Part shown: piece after piece, positions 15,101 to 23,593 of the stretch
How the letters are laid out: every line of letters starts with the position of its first letter
Numbering within the stretch: the first letter of the stretch is position 1
Origin: Alphaproteobacteria bacterium
GTDB taxonomy: Bacteria > Pseudomonadota > Alphaproteobacteria > Rs-D84
Assembly: GCA_017475605.1 (NCBI GenBank)
Contig: JAFVFD010000005.1
Location: 1 to 32,000 of the forward strand
Direction: 5' to 3'
Length of the DNA: 32,000 nucleotides
Position numbers and translations under genes: made by a program
Notes under the pieces: generated by a model
What the model was told of the DNA's origin: nothing
The model's database searches: none
Seen by the model: only the letters and a program-made list of their open reading frames with translations

Positions 15101-17915
15101 AACACGCGATACAACCGTATCTACAACGAATTTGGATATTTTGGCAACCGGTACGGAAATAAGATTGGACACAACACATGGCGGAACTTATTTTATTCAA
15201 ATAACAGATGATGAAAATAATATCTTGGCTAACATTGAATATTTTGTTGCAGATGCATCAAATACGGCCCTGACCACCGACACCAACGCAGAAATGCAAA
15301 TCAAACTTAATGCCAACGAATATGCCGCCGGCGATAATATTGCGGTTAACATTACCACACCATATGTCGGAACAGGTCTTATTACAATTGAACGCGACCG
15401 CGTGTACGCATACAAATGGTTCCGCACAAACGCGACATCATCGGTTCAGTATATTACCCTGCCCGACGGATTCGAAGGTTCCGGTTATGTTAATGTTTCA
15501 TTCGTTCGCGATATAAACAGCCAGGATATATTTACCGCACCATATACATCTGCGGTTGCACCATTCCGCGCCGACACAACAAATCGCAATATTTCAATCA
15601 AACTGGATGCGCCAAAAACGGTTACCAACAACAAATTACCGATTACATATACGGCCAACAAAAATGCGCGTCTGATGATTTTTGCGATTAACACCGGCAT
15701 TTTACAGGTCGCAAAATATCGCGTTCCATCGCCATTGGCGCACTTTTTCCCGAAATCAGCATTACAGGTAAACACATATCAAATATTGTCCCTGTTATTG
15801 CCAGAATACAAAATATTGCGTGAATTTGCGAAAACCGGCGGTGGCGATTTTGCCGAAGTTGATGGCGGCATTGGTGTCGCATTAACAAATCCGTTTACAC
15901 GCAAAACAAACAAACCTGTGGCGTTCTATTCCGGCATAATTGATGCAGTTGCCGGGGAATCAAAGACAGTAACTTTTGATATTCCGGAATATTTCAATGG
16001 CGCAATACGCGTATTTGCCGTTGCCGCCAATGATAACGCAGTTGGTTCTGCAAATACCGACACCGTTGTTCAAAGTCCGATTATCGTTTCCACAACCGCA
16101 CCTGTTGTTGTTGCGCCGAACGATACATTTGACATTAACACCATAATAACAAATATGACAGATGGTACGACCGCAACCGCCGTTGCCGATGTAAATGCAT
16201 CTGTTTCGCCGAATTTAAATATAACAACCATTCCAAATACAACATTGGAAATACCATACGGCACAGAAAAATTATGGTCCTTCGTTGTGCGCGCAGGTAC
16301 CGCGTTGGGTAACGGTGATATTCAGATTGATACATCTGTTCGCGATGGCACAGATGCGGTCTTATCACACCGCAGCACACACGCATCACTGTCGTTGCGC
16401 CCAACAACCCTTTTCAGCACTAAAATCAAACTGGGCACATTAAAATCAACGACAAACATTCGTAATTTCTCGATTGATGCATACCCAGAATACGCATCAA
16501 CCAAATTATATATTTCAAACAACACCGCAATTATTGCGCGCCCGTTATTTGAATACCTTAAAAACTATGAATATCAGTGTACCGAACAATTGGTATCACG
16601 CGCATTACCATATGCGTTGATGCCGGCAAATGATATGATTGGGACAATATTTGCGGAATCTAAATCTGTGGTGGAATCAACAATCACCACCCTTAAAAAC
16701 CGCCAAAATGACGATGGCTCGTTTGATTTATGGGTATCAAATTCAGACGTACAATATGATCATGTTGATGCATCAACGGCATATTTAACCGCGTACGTTG
16801 CGCAATTCCTTGATATCGCAAAGTCCGCTGGATTTGATGTTCCGAAAAATATGAATGCACGCGCGATTGATTATATGCGTACATTTGCGGGCTCGAACAT
16901 AAACGATGATTTTGATGCCGCGGCACATGCCTTTGTTATATACATCTTGACCAGGAATGGTTATATAACGACCGGCTATATTGATGCATTCGAAGAATAC
17001 GCGAACGAAAACATTAAAAATTGGCAGTCTGATTTAATGGGTGCATATATCGCGACGGCTTACAAATTGTTAAAACAGGAAGCCAAGGCCGAAACAATTA
17101 TGTCTAAATATCGTGGCTCTTTGCGTGGCAAATTTGACGATAATATGTTCCGCAACGATATTGTTGACGATGCCATGTATGCCTATTTGAACAAACGATT
17201 CTTTGGCGATAAATCAACAGACGTTCCAGATTCTGTATCTGAATATATAAACGATGGCGATTACAGTTCATATACATCTGCGGCGGTAATTTTGGCCGCG
17301 GCCGGCGATACGGACAACGAAACACCGGCGAACGACGAAATAAGTGTAACCGTTGACGGTGTATCGGTTGAACCCCAGGCGCGTGGCGATGCGATTGTTG
17401 CAGACATTCCAAACAATGCGAAACAGATTTCTGTGCGTTGTGCAACATGCGACCGCAAACATCAACCATATTACACTGTTATTGCGGGCGGGTTCCCACA
17501 CACCACAACCAGCCAATCAAACGGTATCGAAATAACACGCGAATATTTTGACGACAACGACAACCGCATAACAAGTGCGACCGTTGGCGACACTGTTACG
17601 GTAAAAATAACTGTGCGCAGCCGTCGTGCCGACATTATACCGAACGTTGTTATCACAGATTTGGTACCAGGCGGATTTATCCCAGGTACCGCAACCGGCA
17701 CAAATATTTCATTCGCCGAATCACGCGAAGATCGCGTATTGGTATTCTTGGACGTTTCGCACGAACCACAAACAATTACATATAACGCCCAAATTGGTGC
17801 GGCGGGAACATTTGCGATACCGCCAATATATGCCGCATCAATGTATAATCCGCAAATAAACGCAACCGGGGATACGGGCAAAACATTTACTGTATCAAAT
17901 GCATTTACTGAATAA
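12192..17915 (+). CDS. Bacterial alpha-2-macroglobulin (YfhM/ECAM-like), thioester type
   Basis: 1907 aa, GTG start after a GGGAG SD. N-terminal membrane anchor WYIFLGIFCVICMICAIAF. Thioester motif CTEQ at nt 16578-16589 (YEYQCTEQLVSRALPY). Large size, and immediately followed by and overlapping pbpC, as in the known yfhM-pbpC arrangement. Confidence 0.92.
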   Translation: MKGKKQSFFRRNWYIFLGIFCVICMICAIAFTVSEHKERAKFIMDAPTPAHAEFTDNNYIDFTSGPDVIDVNNNRNLNDTEPLTIRYRWESGPYEPAFKMDATNADISKNVKISPYLRGTWSRVNSDTIRFMPESDWPADTSFTVKIGHKILTSDIRVNTRNVSFTTPKIITKIEKFDVIPDKSHKGHVIGVAVLSFNYPIDTNGFSNRVTIKRGLHRVPFSVRFDRFARTAIITTEPIAVDDSTHTLRLKVNKIPAETSDTETKKVSATTMIESVDNLFKISDLQSVAADDVRGNAQQLILVNMTTAAADNTNWPTKVEAYLLPKHNGDEDETESHPWATDEISDTVLSNSKKLVLKPTNFANPIGVYQYAFAYDVSDSVARYIYVRVQGGIESNAGFVLKNGVARVLPVAYPEKTVKIAGTGALLSLAGDKKLGIMARGGADAAYVNLYKVKSSEINHLITQTFDLFSSNIDFKTWAFNEYDMASVFRKRIAFSDTSMNKTNYASVDLGDYLDRGTTDKTGIFIVQTGASESSANFSDRRLILLTNLGIIRKIALDSTSSLFISTINDGMPAADIEISVLGRNGNAIWAGRTDSNGFIELPKFAWSEYKNEREPVAIVARTGDDVSFIPYDSYETHVDYSKFDIDGAFVSGETPMNAYMFSDRGIYRPGENAIIGGIIKNKKFTKLSNVPVKIEITDSRERTIYEETLSVASDGMFDVRFDISDTAPIGEYTARLYMLGAKNKVQDMIGTTTFRVQEFTPDNLKIGATIVGATENGWISPNNMVANITLHNLFGTPATDRRISAQATLRPTDFTFPEYKNYTFTPNFMTGAGMSANAAKRAQTFTVDLADAKTDANGNATFDIKFNNNIPNGTYLMTLNINGFEGASGTGVQTTITARVSNAKYLVGYHANSNLGYVSRDDMRTVKLIAIDSDGKPTNTEKLKLRTVHRENLTSLIKDYNDYYKYQTITRDTTVSTTNLDILATGTEIRLDTTHGGTYFIQITDDENNILANIEYFVADASNTALTTDTNAEMQIKLNANEYAAGDNIAVNITTPYVGTGLITIERDRVYAYKWFRTNATSSVQYITLPDGFEGSGYVNVSFVRDINSQDIFTAPYTSAVAPFRADTTNRNISIKLDAPKTVTNNKLPITYTANKNARLMIFAINTGILQVAKYRVPSPLAHFFPKSALQVNTYQILSLLLPEYKILREFAKTGGGDFAEVDGGIGVALTNPFTRKTNKPVAFYSGIIDAVAGESKTVTFDIPEYFNGAIRVFAVAANDNAVGSANTDTVVQSPIIVSTTAPVVVAPNDTFDINTIITNMTDGTTATAVADVNASVSPNLNITTIPNTTLEIPYGTEKLWSFVVRAGTALGNGDIQIDTSVRDGTDAVLSHRSTHASLSLRPTTLFSTKIKLGTLKSTTNIRNFSIDAYPEYASTKLYISNNTAIIARPLFEYLKNYEYQCTEQLVSRALPYALMPANDMIGTIFAESKSVVESTITTLKNRQNDDGSFDLWVSNSDVQYDHVDASTAYLTAYVAQFLDIAKSAGFDVPKNMNARAIDYMRTFAGSNINDDFDAAAHAFVIYILTRNGYITTGYIDAFEEYANENIKNWQSDLMGAYIATAYKLLKQEAKAETIMSKYRGSLRGKFDDNMFRNDIVDDAMYAYLNKRFFGDKSTDVPDSVSEYINDGDYSSYTSAAVILAAAGDTDNETPANDEISVTVDGVSVEPQARGDAIVADIPNNAKQISVRCATCDRKHQPYYTVIAGGFPHTTTSQSNGIEITREYFDDNDNRITSATVGDTVTVKITVRSRRADIIPNVVITDLVPGGFIPGTATGTNISFAESREDRVLVFLDVSHEPQTITYNAQIGAAGTFAIPPIYAASMYNPQINATGDTGKTFTVSNAFTE

Positions 17916-20271
17916 CATTTGGGCGCGAATATACAGACACCGGCGCGGCTGGATTATTCTGGGCGCGCTGGTTATTCTTTTTTGGGTGGTGCGGTTATTT
18001 TTAATGCCGCCGCTGTTAAACGGTACGCATTTTTCACGCGTTTTTTACGACCGAAATGGAACATTGTTACGCATCACATTATCGGCGGACGACAAATACC
18101 GCATTTACACCCCACTGGACGAAATAAACCAGGCAGTCATTCGCGCCACCATTTTATACGAAGATAAATATTTTTATCGCCACATTGGAATAAATCCAGT
18201 TGCCCTGGCGCGCGCAACAAAGAGTTATTTTTCCGGCACCCCCCACCCCGCTGGCGCATCAACAATCACAATGCAGGTTGCGCGAATAAAATACAACCTG
18301 GACACAACGCGGCCACTTGGGAAATTGATTCAGATTGCCGCCGCAATTTACATTGATGCCTTTTATTCCAAAAAGGATATTTTAACCGCATATCTGAACC
18401 TGGCCCCCTATGGTGGCAATATCGAAGGTATCGCCGCCGCATCACAAATATATTTTCACCGGCGACCATCTGAATTAACAACAATAGAATCTATTACATT
18501 GTCCACGATTCCACAAAACCCGACCAAGCGCGGATTAAATACGGAACGCGGTTTGGCAAATATGCAACATATGCGCGCCGACCTGGTGCGTCGTTGGTTG
18601 GACGAATACCCAGATTCTGATTCATCGTTAACGACATTGGCAACAATGCCATTGGCGGCATACGGCACGCGTGATTTGCCGTTCTTGGCCCCCCACTTTG
18701 TTAATCGTCAAATATCGATGCGCCAAAACAAATCGCATTCAGATACAACAACCACACTTGATATAAAACTTCAAACCCGGGTTGCCACGCGCCTGACCGC
18801 AGAAATAGCAAAACGAAAAAACCAGGGCATAAAAAATGCCGCCGCAATTCTAGTTAATTACAAAACCATGGAAGAATTGGTCCACATCGGATCTGTTGAC
18901 TATTTTGATAAAGAAATATTTGGCGAAAACGACGGTGTTGTTGCGCGGCGCAGTCCAGGTTCCACATTAAAGCCATTGATATATGCGACGGCGGTTGATA
19001 TGGGGCTTATTCATTCCATGACTTTGATGAAGGATGCAAAAATTAATTTTGGTGTATATGCCCCTGAAAATGCCGACAACGAATTTTTTGGGCCGGTATT
19101 GGCGCGCGATGCATTGACACATTCACGCAATATTCCGGCAATAAATCTGTTACGACAAATTGGGCCCCGCAATTTCCACAAAACATTGTCCATGTGTGGC
19201 ATTTCAAATCTTAAATCCCCGGAACATTATGGCATTTCAGTCGCACTTGGCGGGGCCGAGGTTTCAATGCGCGAACTGGCGGGCATATATGCTATGATGG
19301 CAAACCTTGGGCAATTCAGGGAAATACGAACCGACATCAATGCCCCCGCCGGCACCGCAACAAATATTTTATCGCCCGAGGCTTTCTTTATCGTCCTTGA
19401 TATGCTGTCGCACCAGGCAACCCCAACGACCAAGATTCCATTTGCGAAAAACCAGCCGAAAAAAATTACACACATGTGGAAAACCGGCACATCTTCTTCT
19501 TTCCGCGACGCGTGGACGGCGGGCATTTTTGGCGACTATGTTTTGATTGTATGGGTCGGCAACTTTGACGGCACCCCCAACAATGCGTTCAGTGGCGCAC
19601 GCGCCGCTGCACCAATATATTTTGCACTTGCCCAAACCATTATTGATTATTACGCACACACCAACACCCCGGTCCAAGATAATAATTTCATGCGCGATGA
19701 TTTGAATATATCTGAAATAGAAATGTGCGACGGGGTCGGTGGCTTGGCGGGGGCATATTGTCCGAAAAAGGTTTCGGCATATTTTATTCCAGGCAAATCC
19801 CCAATTGACGAATCATCGGTTTATCGGGCAATTCCGATTGATAACGCGACCGGGCGACGCGCGTGTTCACGCGACCCAAAAACAACACATATGGCGGTAT
19901 ATGAGTTTTGGGATTCAGAATACCTGGACATGTTCCGCCGCGCAGGCATCAAGCGCAACACCCCACCCGCATATCTGGAAAGTTGTAATTTTGGAAACCA
20001 CGCGGAACCTGATGCCGCACCAATAATCACATCACCCGCGGACAGCACAAAAATTGTTATCACCGACAATCGTAATGTGGCAACCGTTTCATTCGGGGCG
20101 ATTTCTGAAAATACAGAAACAAAAATCTTTTGGTTTTTGGACGATGCGATGATTGGCACCACAAAATCTGGCGAAACATTTACACACGACGTACCAATGG
20201 GCACACACACCATCCGCGCGGTTGATGAAATCGGCACCGGCACATCAAATGATTTCAGTGTGATAAAATAA
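17899..20271 (+). CDS. pbpC: Penicillin-binding protein 1C (bifunctional glycosyltransferase/transpeptidase)
   Basis: 790 aa. GT51 motifs RATILYEDKYFYRHIGINP and GASTITMQVAR. Transpeptidase motifs SPGSTLKP (SxxK), HSRN (SxN) and KTGTS (KTG). C-terminal PbpC-type extension. 17-nt overlap with the A2M gene. Confidence 0.93.
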   Translation: MHLLNNIWARIYRHRRGWIILGALVILFWVVRLFLMPPLLNGTHFSRVFYDRNGTLLRITLSADDKYRIYTPLDEINQAVIRATILYEDKYFYRHIGINPVALARATKSYFSGTPHPAGASTITMQVARIKYNLDTTRPLGKLIQIAAAIYIDAFYSKKDILTAYLNLAPYGGNIEGIAAASQIYFHRRPSELTTIESITLSTIPQNPTKRGLNTERGLANMQHMRADLVRRWLDEYPDSDSSLTTLATMPLAAYGTRDLPFLAPHFVNRQISMRQNKSHSDTTTTLDIKLQTRVATRLTAEIAKRKNQGIKNAAAILVNYKTMEELVHIGSVDYFDKEIFGENDGVVARRSPGSTLKPLIYATAVDMGLIHSMTLMKDAKINFGVYAPENADNEFFGPVLARDALTHSRNIPAINLLRQIGPRNFHKTLSMCGISNLKSPEHYGISVALGGAEVSMRELAGIYAMMANLGQFREIRTDINAPAGTATNILSPEAFFIVLDMLSHQATPTTKIPFAKNQPKKITHMWKTGTSSSFRDAWTAGIFGDYVLIVWVGNFDGTPNNAFSGARAAAPIYFALAQTIIDYYAHTNTPVQDNNFMRDDLNISEIEMCDGVGGLAGAYCPKKVSAYFIPGKSPIDESSVYRAIPIDNATGRRACSRDPKTTHMAVYEFWDSEYLDMFRRAGIKRNTPPAYLESCNFGNHAEPDAAPIITSPADSTKIVITDNRNVATVSFGAISENTETKIFWFLDDAMIGTTKSGETFTHDVPMGTHTIRAVDEIGTGTSNDFSVIK

Positions 20272-20304
20272 ACACCGCCCAAACGGGCGGTGTTATTATT
20301 TTTC
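20272..20304. terminator. Bidirectional Rho-independent terminator (pbpC / 20296-21159 gene)
   Basis: Hairpin ACACCGCCC-AAAC-GGGCGGTGT (20272-20293), with AAAATAA on the left and TTATTATTTTT on the right. Confidence 0.75.
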
Positions 20305-21159
20305 AGTTTTATTAAATATATCGTATTTCATGATATAGTTAAATGATAAACCAATCATAAAATTACTGCCGTATGTATCAACACCACGCGCCTTGGCACG
20401 ACGATATTGAACATATGGCCCCATCGTGAAATTACCCCAAAGGTTTGTATCCATGCGCGCAGTCGCACTAAAATCGCGTTCTAAATCGGTCGGCACATAT
20501 TCCGAATACGACAAATATTCACGATAATAACCATTGGTTGATAACTTTACCCCTTCGCGAATTTCGTATTCCAGTCGCCAACCCGCTTCGACTGCGGATT
20601 TATTAACCTTGTGTTCTGAATATGTAAAATCATATTCATATACACCAACCAAATACAAACTTTTTATAATTGGATGGTCAAAAAGCGATAAACCAGCACT
20701 TGCGCGGAAAACATTTTGCCGCGGTGCATCCCCAGATGCAGCGAATTCTGTTTCATATGCCGCACGCGCCATTGGACCGAACTTCAAATCACCCATGTGC
20801 CAGCGCGCCCATGACAAATCAGACGTTAACAAAATCTTGTCCGCATTTTCGTTGGTAACCGTTTCGCCAGTATATTTTTCCAGTTTTGTTTTACCGTATT
20901 CCATAAACAAACTGTTATCCCATTTCAAATCATCAACTTTGTATTCCAAAACGGTATCAAAAACGCCCTTGATAAATTCCTGGTCGTCGGCCTTTAATGC
21001 CTGAATCGGCGAATCAGAATAGTCCGCCGCATGCCGAACATCTGTCTTGGATAAATCAAGTCCAATACGACGAATGTCCAAAATCAAATCACGATTTTCC
21101 GCAGCGGTTGCCGCAAATGGCATCAACGCCGCCAATATCAACAATGATACTTTTTTCAC
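20296..21159 (-). CDS. Outer-membrane beta-barrel protein, unknown family
   Basis: 287 aa. Signal peptide MKKVSLLILAALMPFAATAA. Alternating aromatic/hydrophobic beta-strand pattern throughout. Family not recognised. Confidence 0.7.
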   Translation of the reverse strand: MKKVSLLILAALMPFAATAAENRDLILDIRRIGLDLSKTDVRHAADYSDSPIQALKADDQEFIKGVFDTVLEYKVDDLKWDNSLFMEYGKTKLEKYTGETVTNENADKILLTSDLSWARWHMGDLKFGPMARAAYETEFAASGDAPRQNVFRASAGLSLFDHPIIKSLYLVGVYEYDFTYSEHKVNKSAVEAGWRLEYEIREGVKLSTNGYYREYLSYSEYVPTDLERDFSATARMDTNLWGNFTMGPYVQYRRAKARGVDTYGSNFMIGLSFNYIMKYDIFNKTEK

Positions 21160-21187
21160 TTTCCTGCCCTTTTGTTAAAAAACATAT

Positions 21188-21793
21188 TTATTTCCAAACG
21201 CGCATAAATCCGTCATCCGCGGCGGTTTTCCACCCGGCACCACGCAACGCGATTGTAAAAGCCGAACGCGCAGATGTCGGTATTTCAACAATCGCCGTAT
21301 TTCCGGAAATATTTTTTGTTGCGAAATCAATGCGTTCCGCACGCGCCAATGACCGTAACCCCGCCCAATCTGCGATTGGGTCACGCAGGCTTATTTTCAT
21401 TGGAAACACATTAACAACACTGCCATCCGACAACCAATTTTGAATATTATTGTCCGCCATCCATTTACGCGCCGCATTGTTATCAATTGTCATCGTAATA
21501 TTTGCGGAATATGTTGTATCGGATAATTTTTCGCCATCAATACTGGTTGATGAAATAAGCGGTGTTAAATCGACACTTTTTGCGCCACGCACCGCCGCCA
21601 CCAATTGATCACGCACCGCATACTGCCCCAGTTTATCAATCAGTATTTGACGACGCGCATCATTGATTGCCATTGTTTTTGCGGTTGTGGCGGTATCACT
21701 TGTCATGCGTACGGGAACAGTTCCCGTCAAATCGGCCGCGAATGCCACACCCGACATCGCAATTCCACAAAAAGCAATCAGTATTTTTTTCAT
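21188..21793 (-). CDS. Exported protein of unknown function
   Basis: 201 aa. Signal peptide MKKILIAFCGIAMSGVAFA. Lies between two outer-membrane protein genes with 28- and 42-nt gaps, so an operon is likely. Confidence 0.75.
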   Translation of the reverse strand: MKKILIAFCGIAMSGVAFAADLTGTVPVRMTSDTATTAKTMAINDARRQILIDKLGQYAVRDQLVAAVRGAKSVDLTPLISSTSIDGEKLSDTTYSANITMTIDNNAARKWMADNNIQNWLSDGSVVNVFPMKISLRDPIADWAGLRSLARAERIDFATKNISGNTAIVEIPTSARSAFTIALRGAGWKTAADDGFMRVWK

Positions 21794-21835
21794 ATCGATT
21801 ATACTAGCCCAACAAAATCATTCATGCAACAAATA

Positions 21836-23335
21836 TCAGAACCGCGCATTTATTCCGACACGCACACCCAACGAACGATAGAACGATTCGATTTCGCCGT
21901 TGGCACTGCACACCCAACCAGAACAAGTTTTTTCCATCTCTTTGATACTAAGTGCGGTTGCATCACCCGTTGTTGGATCTAACATATCAGCCTCGGTCTT
22001 GCCGGCATTCAACCAATCTGCCAATATTTCATCATATCTTTTGGTATAATAATTACCATTCAGATAAGTTTTCGCATCGGCGGAACCAACATTGTAATAA
22101 TCATATGTTACACCAAGCGATAAAGACACATTGTTTGAAATCGCCGTTGTCCAATTAGCCGCCAACCCCAAATGGAACGCGGAAAACATACCCGCGGAAT
22201 CTTCAACACTTTTCGGATGTTGCCAATCGAAACGATACGGCTGGTCGCCTTCGGCATTGTATCCAGGCAGGCCCACCTCGACCCGCGCATCAAATGAATT
22301 ATTTGCGTTTATTTCATACAACATATCCATGGCAAGATATGGTCCCGACCATGCAACTTCGTACGAATGGCTGACCCCCGGCTGCTGATAATAATATGTT
22401 CCGGCGGTATCAATATATTTAACACCGTCTGCGACATCAACAGTACCGTCTATATCATCGCGCCAAATAATCTGATTAGTCCCGTTGTCATAGTGAACGA
22501 TAATTGCGGGATCGCATTGCATTTCATCACTGCCCGGCACCTTGAAACAAGCCGCCGTATCCACCGACAAACCGTAATTTTTCTTGGTTTCCAATTTATA
22601 TTTCAAATAACGATAACCCACCGATGGTGTGATTTTAAGGTTGCCCCATTGCATAACCCCCGGCAGGCCAAACCCAACATTGAACCCCAGCATATTTCCA
22701 CCATCACTGGTTCCAACCGACAACGCATGCCCTATCTGTTCGCCAATTACCGTATTTGTTGAATCAATCCACTGCGTTACAAAGAATCCACCATTTGTAA
22801 TATCGTCATCAACCATTGACGATTCGCCCCACTGCATACCGTATTTGATTCCGGCTTCAACTGCGCCCTTGGTATTACCCATATCAAAGACATATTTTCC
22901 ATTCACATCCAAAACATTCCACGCAATATTATCATAGTGTAAAATAGATGCAGAATCTTTCATTTCCATTTTCCACATGGCATTCTGGTGTGAAATCCCC
23001 CCGTCCAGATAAAAACCGCTTTTAATTCCACCGGACGATTTTGACGATTGATTTGATGTCTGCTGTGTTTGAACCTGACCCTGACGTTGGGCAACGACGG
23101 TCCCCGGCTGTTGATAATTATTATATCTGACACTGGAATATCCGCTGGTAGAATAACCAGTCGGACGGGCATAACCCGCCGTTTGACTGTTATTTGTATA
23201 GGATGCGCTTTGTCCATAGCGGGCCTGGGGTGCCTGATATGTTGCACCGGTATAGTAAGTCCCAGCCGCATTGGCCAAAACCGGCACAAGCGAAAAAATT
23301 GAACAACCCATTAGAAATCGTGTCATTTTTCTCAT
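21836..23335 (-). CDS. Omptin-like outer-membrane beta-barrel with an N-terminal Q/S/T/Y/G-rich low-complexity extension
   Basis: 499 aa. Signal peptide ...SLVPVLANA. Ends ...GVRVGINARF (terminal Phe). Blocks resemble E. coli OmpT by eye: SSMVDDD vs GNMVDQDW, GYRYLKYKL vs GYQESRYSF, and a SGPYLAMD...GDQPY region vs KMPYIGLT...DNDEHY. The function call is tentative. Confidence 0.8.
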   Translation of the reverse strand: MRKMTRFLMGCSIFSLVPVLANAAGTYYTGATYQAPQARYGQSASYTNNSQTAGYARPTGYSTSGYSSVRYNNYQQPGTVVAQRQGQVQTQQTSNQSSKSSGGIKSGFYLDGGISHQNAMWKMEMKDSASILHYDNIAWNVLDVNGKYVFDMGNTKGAVEAGIKYGMQWGESSMVDDDITNGGFFVTQWIDSTNTVIGEQIGHALSVGTSDGGNMLGFNVGFGLPGVMQWGNLKITPSVGYRYLKYKLETKKNYGLSVDTAACFKVPGSDEMQCDPAIIVHYDNGTNQIIWRDDIDGTVDVADGVKYIDTAGTYYYQQPGVSHSYEVAWSGPYLAMDMLYEINANNSFDARVEVGLPGYNAEGDQPYRFDWQHPKSVEDSAGMFSAFHLGLAANWTTAISNNVSLSLGVTYDYYNVGSADAKTYLNGNYYTKRYDEILADWLNAGKTEADMLDPTTGDATALSIKEMEKTCSGWVCSANGEIESFYRSLGVRVGINARF

Positions 23336-23402
23336 TATCTATTCCTTCCGTATAACAATTTATTAATATTTTATCATAAAAAGGTTGAAAAACAAAAAGG
23401 TT

Positions 23403-23431
23403 TTGACAACAATATAGAAAGTTTTAAATCA
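23403..23431 (+). promoter_or_regulatory. Candidate promoter for tRNA-Leu
   Basis: TTGACA (23403-23408), then an A/T-rich -10-like TTTTAAAT (23422-23429). The predicted start lies next to the tRNA 5' end (23438). An A-rich UP-like tract is upstream. Confidence 0.4.
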
Positions 23432-23437
23432 CAGAAC

Positions 23438-23522
23438 GCGACCATGGCGGAATTGGTATACGCGCAGCACTAAGGATGCTGTGGAGCAATCCTTGGGGGT
23501 TCAAGTCCCCCTGGTCGCACCA
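23438..23522 (+). tRNA. tRNA-Leu, apparent anticodon AAG
   Basis: 85-nt type-II cloverleaf folded by hand. Acceptor stem GCGACCA/TGGTCGC. 3-bp D stem GCG/CGC with a GG-containing loop. Anticodon stem CAGCA/TGCTG with loop CTAAGGA (positions 34-36 = AAG, nt 23472-23474). 13-nt variable arm (GGA/TCC stem). T arm GGGGG-TTCAAGT-CCCCC. Discriminator A, encoded CCA. Confidence 0.88.
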
Positions 23523-23593
23523 AAATAATAAAAATCCCTGTATTTTATACTTGCCCGGCATTTTATAATTTTGCTAACATTTGGTTGTAGAGA

